Assembly (NCBI GenBank): GCA_035546575.1
Contig: DASZWN010000003.1
Location: 1,530 to 65,529, forward strand
Direction of reading: 5' to 3'
DNA from: Minisyncoccota bacterium
GTDB taxonomy: Bacteria > Patescibacteriota > Minisyncoccia > Phycocordibacterales > SBAW01
DNA length: 64,000 nucleotides
Positions 48,417 through 56,412 of the stretch are shown piece by piece. The translations under genes were made by a program, and so were the position numbers. Every line of letters starts with the position of its first letter. Positions within the stretch are counted from its first letter, which is position 1. The notes beneath the pieces were generated by a model. It ran no database searches. It was not told the origin of the DNA and saw only the letters and a list, made by a program, of their open reading frames with translations.

Positions 48417-49076
48417 ATGAGCAGACATGGTCGACACAGCAATCGCGCATATAGAAAAGCGCTAAGACTTCGTACGGAAGAGGCTCTTGCGATGCAGGCT
48501 CGCTTGCAGGAACAAGGCTCTCTGCCAACCAGCTACTCTGCTACCAAAAAACGCTACATCACTTTGCGGTTAGGAATTACCAGACAGACGAATCCCGAGT
48601 CATTTGCTCGCGAGTTCGATCTTCTGGAGCAATCTACTCGGATAGAAAAAATCGTTATTACCCCAGGGTGGGACGTGTTTACCATTGATACGGCTCCCAT
48701 TCTGAAAGCTTTTAATGGTGGCGTGGTCTTTGTTGCCATCTATCGTGTTAAGATCAGAGGGTTAAAGCCTAGCCGCACGGAGCTTAAAAACAAGCCTCCG
48801 GTATTTACTGTGGAGTGCTTAGAGTCAGGCAACAGGGAAGGCAAGGATCCTCCCTACATGATGGATAGGACAAGCTTTTGCTTTGGGGATAGAGGGTCAT
48901 ATATCCAAGCTCTGCTTGTGCAAGGAGAGATTGCGCAAGCGTGCCATACGATCCTCGGATCGCTTTGGCACATCAATGATACGGGTGAGAACATTCTTGA
49001 GGGGCATAAGCGTGTTCCTCAGGAGTGGCGCCCCGAAGTTATAACCCCTTACCCATCAAAAATCGAAGGAGAGTAG
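48417..49076 (+). CDS. putative prokaryotic E2-like (ubiquitin-conjugating fold) protein
   Basis: Beta-rich core, then DPPY-x7-CFG, an amphipathic helix and a terminal N (PPYMMDRTSFCFGD...ILGSLWHIN); lies upstream of ThiF and a Ubl. The fold is inferred. Confidence 0.5.
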   Translation: MSRHGRHSNRAYRKALRLRTEEALAMQARLQEQGSLPTSYSATKKRYITLRLGITRQTNPESFAREFDLLEQSTRIEKIVITPGWDVFTIDTAPILKAFNGGVVFVAIYRVKIRGLKPSRTELKNKPPVFTVECLESGNREGKDPPYMMDRTSFCFGDRGSYIQALLVQGEIAQACHTILGSLWHINDTGENILEGHKRVPQEWRPEVITPYPSKIEGE

Positions 49077-49081
49077 CGCGC

Positions 49082-49810
49082 ATGCACGCTAGCGAAAATA
49101 AGCCCCCTCTCTTCTATCCCGACCGTCTCGGACACTCAGTCGTACTTGTTGGTGCAGGAGGTATTGGGAGTATCCTGCTCCCACTCCTGGTCAAGTGTGG
49201 TCCACGCCGCATCACGATTTGGGATGACGATACTGTCGAGCCGGTTAACTTGGCTCAGCAGGGATTCGATGCCGAGGACATAGGAGAACTTAAAGTCCGA
49301 GCACTCGCGCATCGCGCAGGTGCGATCAATCCGGACTTGGAGATCCGAGCTGTCCACGAACGTCGATTTACGCAGGATGATCTGCTTGACGGGGTAGTCG
49401 TTGCGGGCGTAGATTCAATGAAGAGCCGCCGCGCTATCTTTAGTGCAGTGCGTCGGCAAGCCGATCGAGTGCCTCTCTTTATTGATGGGCGCTTGAGTCG
49501 AAAGTTCAATGAGTATCTGGTTGTCTACTTCATCGACCCGAGCAGTCGGGAGGAAGTGGAACTCTACGAAAGCACGTTCTTTGACGACAGCGAGGTAGAA
49601 AAAGTGCCTCGGCCTGAGAAGTTGTCGGCTCATACGCCGATATTACTAGCCGGTTTCATCGGTGCAGGTCTTGCTCGGTGGATCGGCGACGGGCGTCACC
49701 CCTGGAAGGTGACATGCGATGCCGTTTCCATGCACGTAGAATCGTACTGGATCGGCAAAACCAGAGAAAGGGAAGATAATGAACTTGCGCGTTCTGGTAC
49801 CGGGACATGA
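49082..49810 (+). CDS. ThiF/E1-family adenylyltransferase
   Basis: VVLVGAGGIGS, WDDDTVEPVNLAQQ, DIGELKV, GVDSMKSR, FIDGR. Confidence 0.9.
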   Translation: MHASENKPPLFYPDRLGHSVVLVGAGGIGSILLPLLVKCGPRRITIWDDDTVEPVNLAQQGFDAEDIGELKVRALAHRAGAINPDLEIRAVHERRFTQDDLLDGVVVAGVDSMKSRRAIFSAVRRQADRVPLFIDGRLSRKFNEYLVVYFIDPSSREEVELYESTFFDDSEVEKVPRPEKLSAHTPILLAGFIGAGLARWIGDGRHPWKVTCDAVSMHVESYWIGKTREREDNELARSGTGT

Positions 49811-49988
49811 ACCCCATGTTGCCTACTTTGCCCCCGATGTCTCGATGGGTGCGGCTATCCGTGCCGCCGGCGGCGATCCGGGCATGAAGGGCATGGCGAT
49901 CACTGCGGACGGCAAGCCCGCCTCGGCGGACACTCCCGTCGGCACGGCTACGACCGTGGCTCTCGAGCCGCTCGCCAACAACGGCTGA
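49779..49988 (+). CDS. ubiquitin-like beta-grasp protein (69 aa) ending in Gly
   Basis: Beta-beta-helix-beta-beta pattern (NLRVLV, HVAYF, SMGAAIRAAG, AITADG, ADTPV, TVALEP), C-terminal ANNG*, purine-rich SD. Confidence 0.75.
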   Translation: MNLRVLVPGHEPHVAYFAPDVSMGAAIRAAGGDPGMKGMAITADGKPASADTPVGTATTVALEPLANNG

Positions 49989-50009
49989 TCCTCTCGGTCT
50001 TCAAGTAAT

Positions 50010-50044
50010 GGGGCGCCTCGCGAATGCGCGGCGCCTTTTCTTTT
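50010..50044 (+). terminator. intrinsic terminator closing the E2-E1-Ubl operon
   Basis: GGGGCGCC...GGCGCCTT followed by TTCTTTT. Confidence 0.7.
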
Positions 50045-50073
50045 ATGACATGCGGTGGGTGTACACTATAGAT

Positions 50074-50409
50074 ATGATAAAAATCTTGATTCGTATTCTT
50101 GCAACCGCTGCGGCGCTCCTTCTTATTGCAAACTATGTTCCGGGGATTGCCGTTGCGAGTTTTACTACTGCACTTATTGTAGCGGTGTTGTGGGGCATCA
50201 TGGGGCTTACGGCGCGCCCGATACTTAAGATACTTACGCTGCCTATTAACATCCTAACCTTCGGATTATTTTCGTTTGTACTCAATGCGATACTGTTTTG
50301 GATACTCGCCGTGTTTGTACCGGGCTTTACGGTTGCCGGATTTGTACCGGCACTTGAGGGTTCAGTCATCTTGATGATAGTCGCATGGGCCTTGCATGCA
50401 GCCCTGTAG
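50074..50409 (+). CDS. 4-TM phage-holin-family (YvlD-like) membrane protein
   Basis: RPILKILTLPINILTFGLFSFVLNA. Confidence 0.85.
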   Translation: MIKILIRILATAAALLLIANYVPGIAVASFTTALIVAVLWGIMGLTARPILKILTLPINILTFGLFSFVLNAILFWILAVFVPGFTVAGFVPALEGSVILMIVAWALHAAL

Positions 50410-50426
50410 CACAGTACAACGTACTC

Positions 50427-51398
50427 ATGTCATTTGTTGATGAACTGACGATACTCGCTCGCGCCGGCCGTGGCGGCGACGGCGTTGAGCGCTGGCTGCA
50501 CGAAAAGGGCAAAGAGTACTCGGGCCCTGCAGGCGGCAACGGCGGGAACGGCGGCGACGTATATATTGAGGGTGTGCGCGACATCAACCTGCTCGCGCGC
50601 TATCGCGGCGAAAAAAAGTTTGAGGCTGGCGCAGGCAACCCGGGCGAGAACAACAACCGCACCGGGGCCGGCGGCCGCGACATGGTGATAGCGCTGCCTA
50701 TTGGCTCGGTGGTTACTAACCTCGAGACCGGAGAGGTGCACGAGCTTTTGCACGAGGGTGAGCGCAAACTCATACTCAAGGGCGGGCGCGGTGGTGCAGG
50801 CAATGCGGCGTTTAAGTCCTCGGTTAATCGCACGCCTACGGAAACTCTGCCCGGGCTCCCCGGCGAAGAGTCAGAGCTGCGCATCGAGCTGCGTCTTATC
50901 GCAGATGCAGGGCTTATTGGTTTGCCCAACGCAGGCAAGTCGTCCCTCCTTAATGCGCTTACCGGCGCTACAGCAAAAGTCGGTTCGTACGCGTTTACGA
51001 CGCTCGACCCGAACCTGGGCATGCTGTACACCTACATTCTTGCCGACATTCCGGGGCTTATCGAGGGTGCCGCCGACGGCAAAGGGCTCGGTTCCAAGTT
51101 TTTGCGCCATATCGCACGCACAAAGCTTCTTATACACTGCGTCTCGCTTGAGTCCGAGGACCCTGTGGCGGATTATCGCGCGGTGCGGGGGGAGATAGAG
51201 GCGTTCGAAGGCGGAGCGCTTGCGGACAAGCCCGAGCTGGTGCTGTTTACCAAATCGGACATCCGGGATGCGGCGTATATAGAGAAAGTGCGGAAGTCTT
51301 TCGCAAAGGAGTTCAAAAAGGAGACAGCGGTCGTTTCGGTTTTGGACGACGCGGCCGTGGAGGCGCTCAGGCAGACGCTCGTCGCGCACTTGCGCTAA
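50427..51398 (+). CDS. obgE: GTPase ObgE/CgtA
   Basis: FVDE, Gly-rich Obg domain, GLPNAGKSS, YAFTTL, DIPGLIEGA, TKSD. Confidence 0.96.
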   Translation: MSFVDELTILARAGRGGDGVERWLHEKGKEYSGPAGGNGGNGGDVYIEGVRDINLLARYRGEKKFEAGAGNPGENNNRTGAGGRDMVIALPIGSVVTNLETGEVHELLHEGERKLILKGGRGGAGNAAFKSSVNRTPTETLPGLPGEESELRIELRLIADAGLIGLPNAGKSSLLNALTGATAKVGSYAFTTLDPNLGMLYTYILADIPGLIEGAADGKGLGSKFLRHIARTKLLIHCVSLESEDPVADYRAVRGEIEAFEGGALADKPELVLFTKSDIRDAAYIEKVRKSFAKEFKKETAVVSVLDDAAVEALRQTLVAHLR

Positions 51399-51407
51399 TA
51401 TAGGGGG

Positions 51408-53516
51408 ATGCGGTTCCCGTATGGGCTGGCAATATTTTTCATAGCTGGGGCATTCCTTGTGCCAGGCGGCGTACAGGCGGCAGTGCTTTCAAAGCCCGTC
51501 AATAATTTCGGCCTTGCGGCCTTCTGGCCTCTGGATGAGGGCACCGGATCGGCAGCGCGGGATGTAAGCGGAAACGGCAAGAATGGTACCCTTGTCGGCT
51601 CTCCTGCTTGGACGACAGGCCGGCGCGAAGGAGCGCTCAATTTTACCGGCTCGAATTATGTTACGACCGCGATCTCAAGCGTGCCGACGTCCGGCTCAAT
51701 ATCCCTGTGGGCGTATCCGACGTCCTACAATCTTTGGATAAGCCCGGCAGGGTGGAAGGCGACAGCGGTAACCAATACGTATCTGTTGATAGATGAGGGT
51801 GGCGGCAGTAGCCCGGGCACATGGCGCGCGGTATTCCGCAAGGGCAGTTCGGGCGAAGCCAATATCGTCGGCCCTACCATCCAGCAGAATGCGTGGACCC
51901 ATGTCGTTATGACATGGAGCCTCTCCGGTTCGGTGTACACTATTACGCTCTATATCAACGGAGTGCAATACGGCAGCCCGACCACCTATACAGACACGGG
52001 CGGAAGTACGAGCTACGGCAACTTCGCGTTCGGGACCGCAGGAGAGGCGGTGAATAATAACTACAGCGGTAAGATCGACGATGTGCGGGTGTTCAACAGA
52101 ACGCTTACGGCCACGGAGGTAAAATCGCTCTACAGCACGCAAGCGACAGTGCGCGCCCCCAATAACCTCGGGCTTGCAGGATACTGGCCGTTCGACGAAG
52201 GCTCGGGCGCGATCGCCGGCGATATGAGCGGTAACCGCAACAACGGAACGCTCTCCGGCTCGACACTGCCAAGCTGGGTGGGCGGCAAACACGGCGGAGC
52301 ATTGAGTTTCGATGGCACCGGGGGGTACGTAAGCACTCCAAGCTCCTCAGCACTCAATCTAACAAGCTCTATAACCATAGCCGCTTGGGTAAAAGTCAAC
52401 TCTAATGTAACAAATTACCGCATGATCATCTCGAAAGAGAGTACGGCGGGCACACCATGGCCATTTCGTTTTTACGTCGAGCAGACGACCGGTAAGCTCG
52501 TACTCGACTTTACTGTGAGCTCGGCCATAAAAACTTTTACTACCTCAACTGCTATAAATGACAACATGTGGCACCATGTTGTTGCAGTACGTGACGATAC
52601 GGGTAAGACGGTGACTGTATATATAGATGGTGTATCGCGCGCGTCGGGCTCCTATACTGGCACTGTTGACTCAAGTGCAACAGCGGCTCGTATCGGTATT
52701 AGCCCGTATACAGGCGGTGGCGCGGGCGGGTCGTATCCGTTTATCGGGAATATAGACGAGCTGCGTGTATATAGCCGCGCGCTTTCGGCCTCGGAGATTG
52801 CCGGACTCTATAGCCAAGGCGCGGCGCAGATAAATACTCCCTCCACAAACTCAGCCATCGACAGTACGCTCGGGACTGGCCTTGTTGGCCTCTGGACCTT
52901 CGATGGGGCTGATTTGACCGACAAAATATACGACCGCTCCGGCTCAGGCAACAACGCTTATTTTGACAGTGCGAGCGCCACGTCGTCACGGAAAGCTATC
53001 GGCAAGTTGGGCCAAGGTCTGCGATGGCCGGGCACGGCTGCATATGCGAGAGTCGCAACATTCTCCAATCCTCCTTCGTCAGCAATGAGCATATGTGCGT
53101 GGATAAAAACATCGTCGGACGGTGTACTGCTAAATATCAACCGGAACGTTGGCAACATAGTAAATGAAGGAATTTTTAAGATTGCTACAGGTAAGCTGCT
53201 CTTTTGGGACTACAACGGGTCCTCGTACGGTTTTGTGGACGGCAGCGGGTACAGTAATACTACGGTCACTAACGGTATGTGGCATCATATCTGCTTTACT
53301 AAAAACGGTACTGCAGGCACCTATTATCTTGACGGAGCTGCCGACGGAACCAAGACTGGAGGCTTAAGCATATCGTACGGCACGGCCGATTGGGTACTTG
53401 CTGCCGACTATAGGGACAGCTCCACCTACTTTTCGGGTTCTATGGATGATGTGCGTATCTATAACCGCACACTCTCGGCGGCTGAGATTAAGCAGCTCTA
53501 CCTGCTAGGGCAGTAA
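51408..53516 (+). CDS. secreted protein with three LamG/concanavalin-A-like domains
   Basis: Signal peptide; three units of GL..W.FDEG.G....D.SG...(I/M)D(D/E)(V/L)R(V/I)YNR.LS..EI. Confidence 0.88.
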   Translation: MRFPYGLAIFFIAGAFLVPGGVQAAVLSKPVNNFGLAAFWPLDEGTGSAARDVSGNGKNGTLVGSPAWTTGRREGALNFTGSNYVTTAISSVPTSGSISLWAYPTSYNLWISPAGWKATAVTNTYLLIDEGGGSSPGTWRAVFRKGSSGEANIVGPTIQQNAWTHVVMTWSLSGSVYTITLYINGVQYGSPTTYTDTGGSTSYGNFAFGTAGEAVNNNYSGKIDDVRVFNRTLTATEVKSLYSTQATVRAPNNLGLAGYWPFDEGSGAIAGDMSGNRNNGTLSGSTLPSWVGGKHGGALSFDGTGGYVSTPSSSALNLTSSITIAAWVKVNSNVTNYRMIISKESTAGTPWPFRFYVEQTTGKLVLDFTVSSAIKTFTTSTAINDNMWHHVVAVRDDTGKTVTVYIDGVSRASGSYTGTVDSSATAARIGISPYTGGGAGGSYPFIGNIDELRVYSRALSASEIAGLYSQGAAQINTPSTNSAIDSTLGTGLVGLWTFDGADLTDKIYDRSGSGNNAYFDSASATSSRKAIGKLGQGLRWPGTAAYARVATFSNPPSSAMSICAWIKTSSDGVLLNINRNVGNIVNEGIFKIATGKLLFWDYNGSSYGFVDGSGYSNTTVTNGMWHHICFTKNGTAGTYYLDGAADGTKTGGLSISYGTADWVLAADYRDSSTYFSGSMDDVRIYNRTLSAAEIKQLYLLGQ

Positions 53517-53538
53517 TCTGCTATATTGCTCCATATAT

Positions 53539-54972
53539 ATGGCTGAGTATCGACTGACGGTGGGGCTCGAGGTGCACGCTGAGCTCAAGACCAAAACCAA
53601 AATGTTCTGCGCCTGCCTTAATAACGCAGACGAGAAAGTGCCCAACAAAAATATCTGTCCGGTGTGTATGGCGCACCCGGGCACGCTCCCGGTCATAAAC
53701 CGCGAGGCGGTACACAAAGTGTTGCTTGTTGGCGCGGCCGTAGGTGGTACACTCGCCGATTTTACCGAGTTCGACCGCAAAAACTATTTTTACCCAGATA
53801 TCCCTAAGGGCTACCAGATAAGCCAGTATAAGTATCCGCTCGTCTCGGGGGGGAATCTCGCTGGGGTTGAGCTTACCCGCATACATCTCGAGGAGGATAC
53901 CGCTCGCTCACAGCACTCAGGCGATAAATCTCTTGTGGACTACAATCGCGCCGGCGTGCCGCTCATGGAGCTCGTTACCGAGCCGGTTATCCACGACGCA
54001 GCTACAGCTGGCCGCTTTGCCAAGGAGTTACAGCTCCTTCTCCGTACACTTGGGGCAGGGGAGGCAAACATGGAGAAGGGCGAGATGCGCGTTGAAGCCA
54101 ACATTTCAATCGCACCCGCGAGCGATGCGATTGAGATCAATCAAAAAGACCATAAGCCTGTCTTGGGCACAAAAGTAGAAGTAAAAAACCTCAACTCATT
54201 CCGCTCGGTTGAGCGCGCTATTGCATACGAGTTTACTCGTCAGAGCAAGCTGCTCGACAAAGGCGAGAAGGTGGCGCAAGAGACGCGCGGATGGGATGAG
54301 GCAAAGCAAGAGACATTTAGCCAGCGCAAAAAAGAGAGCAGTCATGACTACCGCTACTTCCCGGACCCGGATTTGCCCAAACTCAAAATCTCGGAGATTG
54401 CCGAGTTCTCGGTAGAGAATTTGAAAAAAGAATTGCCAGAGTTGCCCTGGGTTGCGCGCGAGCGTTATATTGCTGAGGGTATTAACCCGGAGTACGCGGA
54501 GATGTTTGTATCAGACTTACGCTACGCAGGGCTTTTTGAGGGAGCATCTCGCGCGGCTCCTGAGGCGAAAAAACTACTCTCTAATTATCTCGGCTCAGAC
54601 ATTGTTGGGCTTGAATCCAAATTCGGCTCCGAGGGACTTCTCAACATTACTGTTGAGGGTCTGAGTGCAATTGTTGCCGCATCTATGCGCGGCGAAATCT
54701 CCTCGCGCGGCGTTAAAGAATCGCTCGCAGAAGTGTATGAGAAAGGGGGTGATCTTGTGCAGGTTTCTAAAAAGTATGCACAGCAAAGTGATGCCGGAGC
54801 GCTTACTGAAATTGCAAAGAAAGTGATAGACGCAAATCCGAGCGTCGCTGCCGACTACAAGGCGGGCAAAGAAGCTGCAATGCAATTTCTAGTAGGGCAG
54901 GGTATGAAGGAGAGTAAAGGATCGGCAAACCCGGCGGCCCTTCGCGAGGCGCTCCAAAAGGCTCTCCTCTAG
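53539..54972 (+). CDS. gatB: Asp/Glu-tRNA amidotransferase subunit B
   Basis: GLEVHAEL, FDRKNYFYPD, HLEED, NRAGVPLMELVTEP, EVKNLNS, YRYFPDPDL. Confidence 0.97.
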   Translation: MAEYRLTVGLEVHAELKTKTKMFCACLNNADEKVPNKNICPVCMAHPGTLPVINREAVHKVLLVGAAVGGTLADFTEFDRKNYFYPDIPKGYQISQYKYPLVSGGNLAGVELTRIHLEEDTARSQHSGDKSLVDYNRAGVPLMELVTEPVIHDAATAGRFAKELQLLLRTLGAGEANMEKGEMRVEANISIAPASDAIEINQKDHKPVLGTKVEVKNLNSFRSVERAIAYEFTRQSKLLDKGEKVAQETRGWDEAKQETFSQRKKESSHDYRYFPDPDLPKLKISEIAEFSVENLKKELPELPWVARERYIAEGINPEYAEMFVSDLRYAGLFEGASRAAPEAKKLLSNYLGSDIVGLESKFGSEGLLNITVEGLSAIVAASMRGEISSRGVKESLAEVYEKGGDLVQVSKKYAQQSDAGALTEIAKKVIDANPSVAADYKAGKEAAMQFLVGQGMKESKGSANPAALREALQKALL

Positions 54973-55030
54973 GCCATATTTTCTACTTTTACACAGACAT
55001 CTTTCCAGCCGAGATCTGGGGAGTATACTT

Positions 55031-55909
55031 ATGATATATATGGACGAATTAGAAATCTCGGGGAAGCGGTATATCTCAACTCGCCTTGCCGCGAAAGAGC
55101 ACAAATATAATGCCGATTATATCGGCCAGATGATACGTGCCAAGAAAATTCTCGGCCAGAAGGTGGGACGCTCCTGGTATGTGGAGGAGAAGTCACTCGC
55201 AGCCTACTTTAATAAAGAGGCACCAGTGCATGTGGAAGAGGCCGTAGTGGTGGCAAAAGCTCCTGAGCCGATAACTCAAACGGCAGAAGTAGCCGAGCGC
55301 GAACCTGCTGTTGCCACAGTAGCGCGAGCAGAAGCTCCTGCCACTTCGGCTAGCGAGGAGTTGCTTGCGGCAGCCGCAAAAATCTTGGAAGCGGCAAAGA
55401 ATGTTGCAGCTCCGGTACCGGAGCACACATCAGAACCGATTGTTGAAACTAGTGCAGAAGAAAATAGCGTAGAAGAAAAAGATCCAGCGCCAGTTGAAAT
55501 AAAGACAGAAGAAGTTTTACCAGAGGTAGAGCAGGAGGTGCCTGCGCGAGACTCGATACATATTCCAATACGTGTAACGCGCCCCTCGTTTGTTGCACTA
55601 AAAAACAAAGCAGGGCTTCGATATATTGACGATGATGCTCCCGCTCTCCCGGAGGTTGTAAAAAAGACAAATCGCAGATCTAAAGTTGCGGCGACAGTTA
55701 CAGCTCCAGCGCAAGTGCAAAACGAAGAAGTGGTTATTACAGAATATGCTCCCACGCAAACGTCTGCAGGAATATTAGTGCCTGCATTTAGTATTGCAGT
55801 GCTCGGAGTAGTCGCTTTTGTTGTAGTTGCGGTAAGCTCGGTGATGGTCAACTCAAATCTACTTATCGAAGCAGGGAAGGCGGCAACAGCGTGGTACTCA
55901 CTCCAATAA
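55031..55909 (+). CDS. HTH (Xis/MerR-like) protein with acidic linker and C-terminal TM
   Basis: YISTRLAA...YNADYIGQMIR..KI.GQKVGRSWYVEE; E/A/P-rich linker; C-terminal hydrophobic helix. Confidence 0.75.
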   Translation: MIYMDELEISGKRYISTRLAAKEHKYNADYIGQMIRAKKILGQKVGRSWYVEEKSLAAYFNKEAPVHVEEAVVVAKAPEPITQTAEVAEREPAVATVARAEAPATSASEELLAAAAKILEAAKNVAAPVPEHTSEPIVETSAEENSVEEKDPAPVEIKTEEVLPEVEQEVPARDSIHIPIRVTRPSFVALKNKAGLRYIDDDAPALPEVVKKTNRRSKVAATVTAPAQVQNEEVVITEYAPTQTSAGILVPAFSIAVLGVVAFVVVAVSSVMVNSNLLIEAGKAATAWYSLQ

Positions 55910-55950
55910 CAGATACTCGGGATCATTTATAAGAAAAATCAAATTTGATC

Positions 55951-55978
55951 AAAATCGCCCCCATCGGGGCGATTTTTT
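55951..55978. terminator. bidirectional intrinsic terminator
   Basis: AAAATCGCCCC-catc-GGGGCGATTTT. Confidence 0.8.
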
Positions 55979-56412
55979 ATATAGGTTCAAATAATGGGGT
56001 ACTAGGCTTCGGAAAGTGTTTTTATAAGGCGCTTATACTGTCGCCAATATAGGCCTATGCAGAAAGCTCTTTTAGCCGAGATCTTGGCGAAATATCGTCT
56101 CGACGATACGATATAGCCTTTGTTTAAAACACTTCTCGTCTCGGCTAAAAATATATAAAAACTCGGATATATTTTGATAAAAATTTTATAAAATATTTTT
56201 CAAAAATTCTTTATATTTTCTGCAGAAAATATTTTTTGCGAATCTATTTTATGATGCCCTGTAATGCTATTTTGATTTTTATTTTTTTATAAAAAATATT
56301 TTTTATCCACATAAAATTCATTTTTATTTTCATATATAGATGGGTTTTAGATTAAAATATATGCATACAGGGAGCCGAACTATTTGTGCAATCTAAAGTC
56401 TTTTCGTTCTAA

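Noticed and set aside
49082-49988. Ordinary thiF-thiS or moeB-moaD pair
   Set aside because: No GG terminus, no Zn-binding CxxC, no thiamine or molybdopterin genes, and a Cys-containing third gene in the same operon; not fully excluded without a search
50074-50409. Holin-family gene as evidence of a prophage
   Set aside because: This 4-TM family is commonly chromosomal, and there are no phage structural, lysin or integrase genes in the window
44015-56311. Replication origin from DnaA boxes (44015, 56303; also 14647 inside a CDS)
   Set aside because: The boxes are single and widely separated, and there is no dnaA or dnaN nearby
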